Source: Kofleriaceae bacterium (GTDB taxonomy: Bacteria; Myxococcota_A; Polyangia; Haliangiales; Haliangiaceae). Taken from it: DNA of 14,672 bases. The translations under genes and the position numbers were made by a program. The notes under the pieces are model-generated. The model worked only from the letters and a program-made list of their open reading frames with translations. It made no database searches and had not been told where the DNA came from. Each line of letters begins with the position of its first letter. Within the stretch, counting starts at the first letter, position 1. The stretch lies in NCBI GenBank assembly GCA_046597055.1, contig JBKJLC010000073.1:1-14672 (forward strand), given 5' to 3'. Of the stretch, positions 8,001 through 14,129 are shown in pieces.

Positions 8001-9989
8001 GAGCATCGGGCCCGGGGTCAGGGCCCTGCGCACCCGCTGGCGCGGCCCGCGCAGCGCGAACCAGCGGAGCGGCGCGAACCGCTTCGACCAACCCCGGAAG
8101 GTCTCGGCCAGCCCGGCGGTGTCGAGCTCGTACACGCGCTCGGTCCAGCGCTCACCGAGCTTGCCGTCGAGCCGCCGGCGCTGGTGCTCGAGGTGGAGCC
8201 AGGTGGTGACGTCTCTGGGCGCGGCCTCGAGCGTGGTGGCCGCGACGCGCGCGCGGACCCCCGCGGGCTCCGGGCGCTTGCCGGCGGTGCCGCCGCCGGC
8301 CTCGTAGATCAGCTCGGCACCCGGCCGCGGCGAGGCCAGCGCGACCTCGGCGAGCCCGCCGATCGCCTCGAGGTCGGCGCGGGTGCGCGGCATGAAGCCC
8401 GGCACTACACCGGCCAGGGTCGCGACCGCCGCTTGCAACCCGGCGACCGCGGCCTGCGCCTCGGCCACCGCGGCCGCCACCCGGTCGCCGCTGTCGACCT
8501 GCCACGCGTCGAGGGTGGAGCCGCGCCACGGATGGCGCGCGACCGGCGCGACCTCGGCGCCGGCCTGGGCCAGCCGCAAGACCGCCTCGTGCTGGGTCGC
8601 GACCTCGGCCGGCGTCAGCGCTGCGGTGGCGTCGCCGCCGGCGACCTGGGGCGCGTCGCGCAGGCCGGCCAGCCGCCCCAGCGCGTCGTGCACGTTCACC
8701 CCGCTCTTGCCAGGTGCGTGGAGCGCCTGCGCGTGCTGGTTGAGCGCGGTCCGCGCCGCTTCGAGTCGGACGTCGTCGCCGGCGACCGGGCCCGGGCGCC
8801 AGACCCGCTCGAGCACGCGGCCGAGATCGGTGATCACCTCGCGCTTCTTGGCGCGGTGCGAGTGCAGCGGCAGGCAGAAGTCGGCGAGGCCGGCCGCGGC
8901 CAGCCGGCGGTGCACGACCTCGAGCGCCGCGATCTTCTCGGACACGAACAGCACGGTGCGACCGGTGGCCAGGCACTGCGCGATCAGGTTCGTGATCGTC
9001 TGCGACTTGCCGGTGCCGGGCGGGCCCTGCAGCACGAACGACTTGCCGCCGGCGGCCGCCAGGATCGCGGCGAGCTGGCTGGCATCGCAGTCGAGCGGCG
9101 CGTACAGGTCGGCGAGCGCGAGCTGATCGAGGCCGGCGGGAAACTCGCCCTGATCCGGGAACGGCTGGCCATCGCCGGCCGCGAGGTGGCGCACCACCGG
9201 CGCGGCGATCAGCGCCGCGCCGCGCTCGGCGAGGTCGGTCCACATGACGAACTTGGTGAACGCGAAGATGCCGAGGCGCACCTCGGGCAGCACCGCCCAC
9301 CGCTCGCGGCCGGCGCCCGCGATCGCCGCGGTCACCGCCGCCAGCACCGCGGCGACGTCCTCGGCGCCGGGCGCGCCGTCGAGCCCGGCCGGTCGCGCGA
9401 CCGTGATCCCGTGCTCGCGCGCCAGCTTCTCGAGCAAGGTCTCGTTCCAGCGCCAGTCCTCGTCGGCGACCACCGACACCGCGTGGCGATCGCGGGCACC
9501 GGCCCGGCGCAGCTCGGCCGGCGCCAGCACCAGCGGGGCGTGGCGGGCGACGTCGGGCTCGGCGGTATCGAACCAGCGCAGCACGCCGAGGCCAAGCCAC
9601 AGCGTGCGGGCGCCGCCCTCCGACAGGCTCTCGCGCGCGGCGCGGGCGATCGCGATCAACCGTCGGTCGAGCTCGTCGGCCGGCACCGTCGCCAGCAGCT
9701 GCCGGCCGGCGAGCGCCTCGGCGACCGTCGCGGGCGCGGGCGCCGGGTCGGGATCGCCGCTCGCCCCGACCACCGCCGGGTGGGTCCCGCCCGCCGCGAC
9801 CAGCGCAAACCCGGGGCTGCCGCCGGCCTCCGGATCCAGCGCCGCCGCCACCGCGATCGCGTCGCCGCCGAGCGGCACTACCTGGCGTCCGTCCTTGGCG
9901 TCGAGCAGCCGGTTGCGCAGGGTCAGATCGAGGAGCGACAGCTTCCAGCGATCGAGGCGGCGAGCCGCGGAGTCCGAGAGGTCGTCCAC
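5034..9989 (-). CDS. DUF4011 + SF1 (Upf1/DNA2-like) helicase + Vsr/MTES_1575-like nuclease + DUF3320 protein (HheA-like architecture)
   Basis: N-terminal 'RLDRWKLSLLDLTLRNRLL...EGGARTLWLGLG.LRW...APLVL.P' (DUF4011). Walker A 'GPPGTGKSQT' (starting at 9026), 'LFVSEK.AALEVV', 'PCLLMSPLSVAQYL', Walker B 'FDEASQ' (about 7030), 'GDSRQLPP', 'WHYRS', 'NLETIQGDERD', 'RRLNVAITRAR'. REase-like 'GYRLDLAV...LAIETDG...RERDRLR..VL..LGW..HRIW..DWW'. C-terminal 'VLAVEAPM...L.RRV...FG..RV' (DUF3320-like). GTG start, 1651 aa. Confidence 0.92.
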   Translation of the reverse strand: MDDLSDSAARRLDRWKLSLLDLTLRNRLLDAKDGRQVVPLGGDAIAVAAALDPEAGGSPGFALVAAGGTHPAVVGASGDPDPAPAPATVAEALAGRQLLATVPADELDRRLIAIARAARESLSEGGARTLWLGLGVLRWFDTAEPDVARHAPLVLAPAELRRAGARDRHAVSVVADEDWRWNETLLEKLAREHGITVARPAGLDGAPGAEDVAAVLAAVTAAIAGAGRERWAVLPEVRLGIFAFTKFVMWTDLAERGAALIAAPVVRHLAAGDGQPFPDQGEFPAGLDQLALADLYAPLDCDASQLAAILAAAGGKSFVLQGPPGTGKSQTITNLIAQCLATGRTVLFVSEKIAALEVVHRRLAAAGLADFCLPLHSHRAKKREVITDLGRVLERVWRPGPVAGDDVRLEAARTALNQHAQALHAPGKSGVNVHDALGRLAGLRDAPQVAGGDATAALTPAEVATQHEAVLRLAQAGAEVAPVARHPWRGSTLDAWQVDSGDRVAAAVAEAQAAVAGLQAAVATLAGVVPGFMPRTRADLEAIGGLAEVALASPRPGAELIYEAGGGTAGKRPEPAGVRARVAATTLEAAPRDVTTWLHLEHQRRRLDGKLGERWTERVYELDTAGLAETFRGWSKRFAPLRWFALRGPRQRVRRALTPGPMLDDDTVAADLDAAEIIRKTDGLLDAARPAVRRWLGALADAAEPDADLAPIDGALAWAGELRTAFERVGIDVAARDGAWRALVGAVSDGSGDGAAGFAEVSAAVLRWRAALLGLTEVCGIDPATVPDGAGHLATLGARAAAWASAPGALRDWAAYARARRAALAAGLGGLVARVEDGSLAAAELERAWEKAFLVGVASAGIGRTPALAGFHGANHHTRVAEFIELDRAHLGRARARTIARLAERVPRVAPPSRTASGAPADTGEIGILLHELKKQRRHKPLRALFREIPTLLTRLKPCLLMSPLSVAQYLDPTVEGLTRFDLVVFDEASQIPTADAIGALARGEAAVIVGDSRQLPPTRFFAADAGEVDGGDDEVEELESVLDQCVASRLPELRLRWHYRSRHHDLIAFSNDRYYGGGLDVFPAPQARTGELGVAWRKVDGVYDRAGTRTNQAEAEAVVAEVVARLLDPGRAQRSIGVVTFSRPQQGLVLDLLDAQRRAHPELDRFFAAQASDDVPEPVLVKNLETIQGDERDVILFSIGYGPDAAGAVSMNFGPLNREGGERRLNVAITRAREQLVVFSSLEPEQIKGDTGARGVRDLAELLAYARAGGQAGAQGTEVAATPVTAAIGRALEALGFTIHHQVGCAGYRLDLAVVDPEAPEHYVLAIETDGPAYARATTARERDRLRAQVLDGLGWRLHRIWTLDWWHDAERETKRLHGAVVKAIAAARAARTPRAARTTTRPPAARPAVTTADATADTQAARARTLTPRAGSAPVPRTVPAAGSPPPRRGSGPTPTAQALSASPAIAPYKVASVPAGRWTANDFYDRAREEDLGKVISAVLAVEAPMQLSLLSRRVGAYFGIGRVNERVCERVKALTEGRARVGGEGDPEVVWRMDQDPAAWSAVRVPAAASETRRELDELPLAEIAAAALVVLHRNLGLPAVDLARETAKLLGFARQGPQVGKRMADGVAVLAAKGLCRIEGAQVSLA

Positions 9990-9995
9990 GCCCCG

Positions 9996-10001
9996 ACTGT
10001 A
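9996..10001 (-). promoter_or_regulatory. Putative -10 element (TACAGT) 6 nt upstream of helicase GTG; leaderless promoter candidate
   Basis: Minus strand reads TACAGT-cggggc-GTG (GTG at 9989-9987). Confidence 0.55.
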
Positions 10002-10052
10002 CTCGCCACCGCCGACTGTGGCCCCTGCGCAGCGCGACGGGACGATCCCGGG

Positions 10053-10058
10053 TATCGT
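10053..10058 (+). promoter_or_regulatory. Putative -10 element (TATCGT) for the aminotransferase, inside an imperfect palindrome at 10041-10059
   Basis: TATCGT-cgctggg-GTG-ATG: 7 nt to GTG 10066 and 10 nt to ATG 10069. Confidence 0.5.
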
Positions 10059-10068
10059 CGCTGGGGTG

Positions 10069-11307
10069 ATGAGCCTGGATCACGATCACCCGCGCGCGGC
10101 CGACGCGTTCGCGCTCGATCCGGCGGTCATCCACCTCAACCACGGCTCGTTCGGCGCGTGCCCGCGCGTGGTGCGCGCTGCCCAGGACGACGTGCGGGCC
10201 CGCCTCGAGGCCGCGACGATGCGCTGGTTCCGGCTCGACTACGAGCGCGAGCTCGACCTCGCCCGCACCGCCGCCGCGGCCTTTGTCGGCGCCGATCCCG
10301 ACGGCTTCGCGTTCGTCCCCAACGCGACCTACGGGGTCGCCACCGTGATGGCCCACCTGGTGCGCACCCGCCGGCTCGGCCGCGGCGACGCGGTGGTCAC
10401 CACCGACCACGCCTATCGCGCCTGCAAGAACGCGCTCGACCGCACCGCCGCGCTCACCGGCGCCCACGTCGAGGTCGTGCACCTGCCGCTGCCGATCCGC
10501 GAGCCGGGCGACGGCCGCGCCCACGTCGCGCGGATCGCCGAGCGGGTGACCCGACGCACCCGCCTGGTCCTGGTCGATCACGTCACCAGCCCGACCGCGA
10601 TCGTCCTCGATATCGCCGCGCTCGGCCGGGCCCTGCCCGCCGCCGCCGAGCTGCTGGTCGACGGTGCCCACGCGCCCGGCTTTCTCGATCTCGACGTCGC
10701 CACCACCGGCGCGACCTACTACACCGGCAACTTCCACAAGTGGGTGTGCGCGCCCAAGGGCGCCGCGTTCCTGTGGGTCGCGCCGGGCACCCGCGACCAC
10801 TGCCACCCCCTGGTCACCAGCCATGGCGCCACCCTGCCGGCCGACGCGCGGTCGCGCTTCCGCCTCGAGCACGACTGGACCGGCACGGTCGACCCATCGG
10901 CCTACCTCGCGGTGCCGACCGCGATCGAGCACGTCGCCGCGCTCGGCGGTGGCTGGCCCGCGGTCCGCGCCGACAACCACGCGCTCGCCTGCGCGCTGCG
11001 CGACCAGCTGGCCGAGGCGCTCGACGCCGATCCGATCGTGGCCCCGCCGGCGGAGGCCACGCTGACCGGCGCGATGCAGGCGCTCGCGATCGTGCTGCCG
11101 GCCGGCGTCACACCGCTGCAGCTCGAGCGGCGCCTGCTCGAGGCCGGGCTCGAGCTGCCGATCATCGATCACCCGGGCACCCCGTGGCCGCTGGCGCGGA
11201 TCTCGGCCCACCTCTACAACTGCTCGAGCGACGCGACCCGCGCCGCCGAGCTGCTCCGCGCGCTGGGCGTGCGCGGCCGCCGCATCCTGTCCGAGAGGAA
11301 TCCATGA
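10069..11307 (+). CDS. PLP-dependent class V aminotransferase-fold enzyme (isopenicillin N epimerase CefD / Egt2 / cysteine desulfhydrase-like)
   Basis: 'HLNHGSFGACP', 'FVPNAT.GV', 'DHVTSPTA', 'VDGAHAPG', PLP-lysine motif 'YTGNFHKWVCAPKG', 'WTGT.DPSAYL', 'RISAHLYN'. The in-frame GTG at 10066 is an alternative start. The ORF-track extension to 9244 overlaps the helicase and is rejected. Confidence 0.9.
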   Translation: MSLDHDHPRAADAFALDPAVIHLNHGSFGACPRVVRAAQDDVRARLEAATMRWFRLDYERELDLARTAAAAFVGADPDGFAFVPNATYGVATVMAHLVRTRRLGRGDAVVTTDHAYRACKNALDRTAALTGAHVEVVHLPLPIREPGDGRAHVARIAERVTRRTRLVLVDHVTSPTAIVLDIAALGRALPAAAELLVDGAHAPGFLDLDVATTGATYYTGNFHKWVCAPKGAAFLWVAPGTRDHCHPLVTSHGATLPADARSRFRLEHDWTGTVDPSAYLAVPTAIEHVAALGGGWPAVRADNHALACALRDQLAEALDADPIVAPPAEATLTGAMQALAIVLPAGVTPLQLERRLLEAGLELPIIDHPGTPWPLARISAHLYNCSSDATRAAELLRALGVRGRRILSERNP

Positions 11308-12065
11308 CCACCGGGCGTACCTTCGTCATCGGCGACATCCATGGCGAGCGCGCGCTCCTCGACGCGCTGCTCGGCCACCTGCCGTTCATCGCACCCGACG
11401 ACGCGCTGGTCTTCCTCGGCGACTACGTCGACCGCGGCCCCGACTCCCGCGGCGTCATCGAGCGCCTGCGCCGGCTGCCCGAGCAGATCGTCGGCAAGGT
11501 CGTGTTCCTGCGCGGCAACCACGAGGACGCGCTGCTGCGCACGATGGACGAGGGCGATCCGTCGTTCCTGATGCCGCCCGGCAACGGCGTCGCCGCGACC
11601 TTCAGCGCGTTCACCGACCGCCCGCTGCCCGCGGACGGCGGCCTGGTCGCCGCGTCCGACTTCGCGCTCTACCTGGACGTCGCGACGTGGCTGCCGGCGC
11701 CGGTCGTGCGCTGGATGCGGGCGCTGCCGCTGTGGTGGCGCGACGCCCACGCCACCTACGTCCACGCCGGGCTCGACGGCGAAGGCGCGGCGTGGAACCC
11801 GCCCGAGACCTCGTCGGCCAAGTCGCTGCTGTGGCAACGCGAGCCCGACTTCTTCCTCGAGTACGCCGGCCCGCCGCTGGTGTTCGGACACACACCGGTG
11901 GCCGATCTGCCGCCGGTCGACCCGACCCGCACCTCGGTGTGGCGGCGCGGTCCGCTGTTCGGCATCGACACCAGCGCCGGCAAGGGCGGCCCGCTGACCT
12001 GCCTCGAGCTGCCCTCGGGCGCGGTCTACCAGGCCTGGCCGAGCGGCCACCTCACCGGGCCGTAG
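11304..12065 (+). CDS. Metallophosphoesterase, PPP-family Ser/Thr protein phosphatase-like (PphA/lambda-phosphatase/ApaH group)
   Basis: Complete PPP motifs 'GDIHG', 'GDYVDRGPDS', 'RGNHE', plus 'VHAG', 'FGHTP', 'IDT'. ATGA overlap with the upstream stop and an SD-like GAGAGGA before the ATG. This is the C-terminal 253 aa of ORF-track 5199..12065. Confidence 0.92.
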   Translation: MTTGRTFVIGDIHGERALLDALLGHLPFIAPDDALVFLGDYVDRGPDSRGVIERLRRLPEQIVGKVVFLRGNHEDALLRTMDEGDPSFLMPPGNGVAATFSAFTDRPLPADGGLVAASDFALYLDVATWLPAPVVRWMRALPLWWRDAHATYVHAGLDGEGAAWNPPETSSAKSLLWQREPDFFLEYAGPPLVFGHTPVADLPPVDPTRTSVWRRGPLFGIDTSAGKGGPLTCLELPSGAVYQAWPSGHLTGP

Positions 12066-12074
12066 CCCGCGGCT

Positions 12075-13568
12075 TCAGACCTTCTTGTTGCGACGCTGCT
12101 GGAACGAGTACGGCCGGTGGGTCGGGCCCTTCTTGTCGTCGCCATCGGGGGTCTCGCCGCCCTCGATCGGCGCGCCCAGCGGCTCTTCGGAGCCCTCGCG
12201 GAACCGGATCGCGGTCAGCGGGTTCTCGCCGACCAGCACCAGCGTCTGCTTGTCGAGCAGCTCGCTCAGGCCCTCGAGCTTGTCGATGTCCTCGAGGATG
12301 TCGTCGACCGTGGTGTAGCGCTCGGTGCGCGAGTCGCGGGTCATGCGGTCGAAGATGTCGTCGATCCCGCGCGGCAGCGCCGAGTTGATGTTCGTCGGCA
12401 TCGGCGAGCGCCGGCCCGGTAGCTTCCGGGTCAAGAGCTCGTAGAAGATGATGCCGAGCGCGTAGATGTCGGCCTGGGCGCCGGCCCCGGTCGGATCGCT
12501 GTAGAGCTCGGGCGCCATGTACGCGACGTTGCCCATGCCGACGTAGATCTGGCGGATGACCGCCTGGTCGCGCTCGACGATGCGGGTGAAGCCGAAGTCG
12601 GTGACCTTCACGTTGCCGTAGCCGTCGATCAGCAACTGCTCGGGCTTGAGGCCGCGGTGGTAGACGCGGGCGGCGTGCGCGGCGCGCAGCGCGTGCAGCG
12701 TCTGCAGCAGGTACTTGAAGACCAGGTCGACCGGGATGTCCTCGGCGTCGTTGATCAGCCGCCGCGCCGAGCCGTTGGGCGCCAGCTCGCTGACGACGTA
12801 CGGGTGATCGCGGTCGAGGTTGACGTCGTGGATCGGCAGGATGTTCGGGTGCGCGAGGCTGGCGCACGCGCGCACCACGTCGGTGAACCGGCGGATGATC
12901 TCGAAGCGCAGGTCCTCGCTGAAGAACCCGAACAGCTCGCGGATCTCCTTGAGCGCGACCTCGCGGTTGAGCGGCACCTGGCGGGCCCGATAGACCGTGC
13001 CGATGCCGCCCGAGCCGAGCGAGGCCAGCTTCTCGTAGCGCGAGTCGACGATCTCGGCCGTCGACTGACCGATCTCGCCGCCGACCGACATGCTGGGACG
13101 ACCGCCTGAGGTGTGCACCTTGATGCCGTCCTTCCGCCCGGTGGTGAGCGACGAGGGAATCGCGCCGCTCGACGAGTCACGTCCGAGCGTCGACGCGACC
13201 ACGCCGGAGTTGGTCGACATGCCGGGCGCCGACGGGCTCACCATGCCGCCGGCCTGCGTGCGGGTCTGGCGCAGACGCTTGAAGTGCGAGACCGCGCGCT
13301 CGGTGAACTCGGTGAGGCCCGCTCCGTTGACGACCTCCTCACCGTCGGGCGTGACCTCGAGCACGTCGCGGTCGGAGCGCAGGTAGCCGGCCTTCTCGAG
13401 GAAGGTCACGTATTCCGCGAACGGGATCGAGACCGCGCCCTCGCAGACCCGCCGGATATCGTCGAACCGATTCTGGCGGCCGTAGCGAGCCTCGGCCATC
13501 ACGTTGGCGAGGATGAAGCGGGCCTCTTCGCAGAGGACCTCCTTCGTGACCTTGGCTCGACCTTCCAT
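12075..13568 (-). CDS. Ser/Thr protein kinase-fold protein (probable pseudokinase) with N-terminal winged-helix-like domain
   Basis: Kinase motifs 'LGSGGIGTVY', 'VALKE', 'HPNILPIHD', 'DFG', 'YMAPE', 'DIYALG...YELLT', 'RY'. The catalytic loop reads 'HRGLKPEQ'. The N-terminal 'YVTFLEKAGYL....LEVTPDGEE' resembles a wHTH wing and is followed by a Ser/Thr/Gly-rich linker. Confidence 0.9.
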   Translation of the reverse strand: MEGRAKVTKEVLCEEARFILANVMAEARYGRQNRFDDIRRVCEGAVSIPFAEYVTFLEKAGYLRSDRDVLEVTPDGEEVVNGAGLTEFTERAVSHFKRLRQTRTQAGGMVSPSAPGMSTNSGVVASTLGRDSSSGAIPSSLTTGRKDGIKVHTSGGRPSMSVGGEIGQSTAEIVDSRYEKLASLGSGGIGTVYRARQVPLNREVALKEIRELFGFFSEDLRFEIIRRFTDVVRACASLAHPNILPIHDVNLDRDHPYVVSELAPNGSARRLINDAEDIPVDLVFKYLLQTLHALRAAHAARVYHRGLKPEQLLIDGYGNVKVTDFGFTRIVERDQAVIRQIYVGMGNVAYMAPELYSDPTGAGAQADIYALGIIFYELLTRKLPGRRSPMPTNINSALPRGIDDIFDRMTRDSRTERYTTVDDILEDIDKLEGLSELLDKQTLVLVGENPLTAIRFREGSEEPLGAPIEGGETPDGDDKKGPTHRPYSFQQRRNKKV

Positions 13569-13575
13569 CTCTGGA

Positions 13576-13581
13576 ATAGTA
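13576..13581 (-). promoter_or_regulatory. Putative -10 element (TACTAT) 7 nt upstream of pseudokinase ATG
   Basis: Minus strand reads TACTAT-tccagag-ATG (ATG at 13568-13566). It is close to the TATAAT consensus and there is no SD. Confidence 0.6.
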
Positions 13582-13601
13582 GGCGCCGTGACGCCATGGG
13601 G

Positions 13602-14042
13602 TCAAATCCGCGGGGTCACACGGTTTTCGAAAGGCGGGGCGCCCTCCGCGATCAGCCGGGCCACCAGCGGGGCGTCGGCTGGCAGGACGTCGTAGGCCAG
13701 GAGCTCGGGCGGCAGGCACCAGACGAGGTCGGCGACCTCGACCGCGCGCGCCACCGCGCCGGTCGCGAGCCGACAGCGGTAGACCAGCATCAGCAAGTCG
13801 AACCCCGGATAGGCATGGTGCAGGACGTCCCAGATCTGCCCGACCTCGACGGCGGCCCCGAGCTCCTCGTCGAGCTCGCGGACCAGCGCGTCGGTCGGCG
13901 ACTCGGCGGTCTCGATCTTGCCCCCGGGAAACTCCCAGAACCCGCCCATCGCCTGGTCGTCGCGTCGACGCGTGAGCAGGACGCGGGGTCCATCGACGAT
14001 CAGCCCAGCGACGACGAGCTTGCGCGAACGGCCTTCGGACAC
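13602..14042 (-). CDS. Nudix hydrolase, MutT/NudG-like (d)NTP pyrophosphohydrolase
   Basis: 'VVAGLIV', 'WEFPGGKIETAESPTDALVRELDEELG' (intact Nudix box), 'HAYP', 'LPADAPL'. Start placed at GTG 14042 (146 aa). The ORF-track extension to 14630 is antisense to DUF507. Confidence 0.9.
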   Translation of the reverse strand: MSEGRSRKLVVAGLIVDGPRVLLTRRRDDQAMGGFWEFPGGKIETAESPTDALVRELDEELGAAVEVGQIWDVLHHAYPGFDLLMLVYRCRLATGAVARAVEVADLVWCLPPELLAYDVLPADAPLVARLIAEGAPPFENRVTPRI

Positions 14043-14048
14043 CGCATG

Positions 14049-14054
14049 AAAATA
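14049..14054 (-). promoter_or_regulatory. Putative -10 element (TATTTT) 6 nt upstream of Nudix GTG
   Basis: Minus strand reads TATTTT-catgcg-GTG (GTG at 14042-14040). Confidence 0.5.
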
Positions 14055-14112
14055 CCCCACGACGACCCGCGTTAGGCCCGCGCCGCGCCTTGCGATGCCG
14101 GATAGTGACCCG

Positions 14113-14118
14113 TACAGT
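14113..14118 (+). promoter_or_regulatory. Putative -10 element (TACAGT) 11 nt upstream of DUF507 ATG (very short leader)
   Basis: TACAGT-ccgtccatccg-ATG. Same hexamer as at the helicase start, and no SD. Confidence 0.4.
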
Positions 14119-14129
14119 CCGTCCATCCG

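Noticed and set aside
5028..9995. Helicase as a recently inserted mobile element
   Set aside because: No integrase or transposase, flanking direct or inverted repeats, tRNA target or compositional shift was seen.
9244..10065. N-terminal extension of the aminotransferase
   Set aside because: It is antisense to the helicase 5' end. Family similarity begins at about 10069 and a -10 box sits just upstream.
5199..11303. 2288-aa plus-strand ORF (5199..12065)
   Set aside because: Only the last 253 aa (from ATG 11304) are a real phosphoesterase. The rest is an Arg/Gly-rich antisense or off-frame shadow of the helicase and aminotransferase, expected in very high-GC DNA with few stop codons.
10069..11307. 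Cephalosporin or ergothioneine biosynthetic cluster
   Set aside because: No partner genes are in the window, and the CefD/Egt2-like family is widespread as stand-alone genes.
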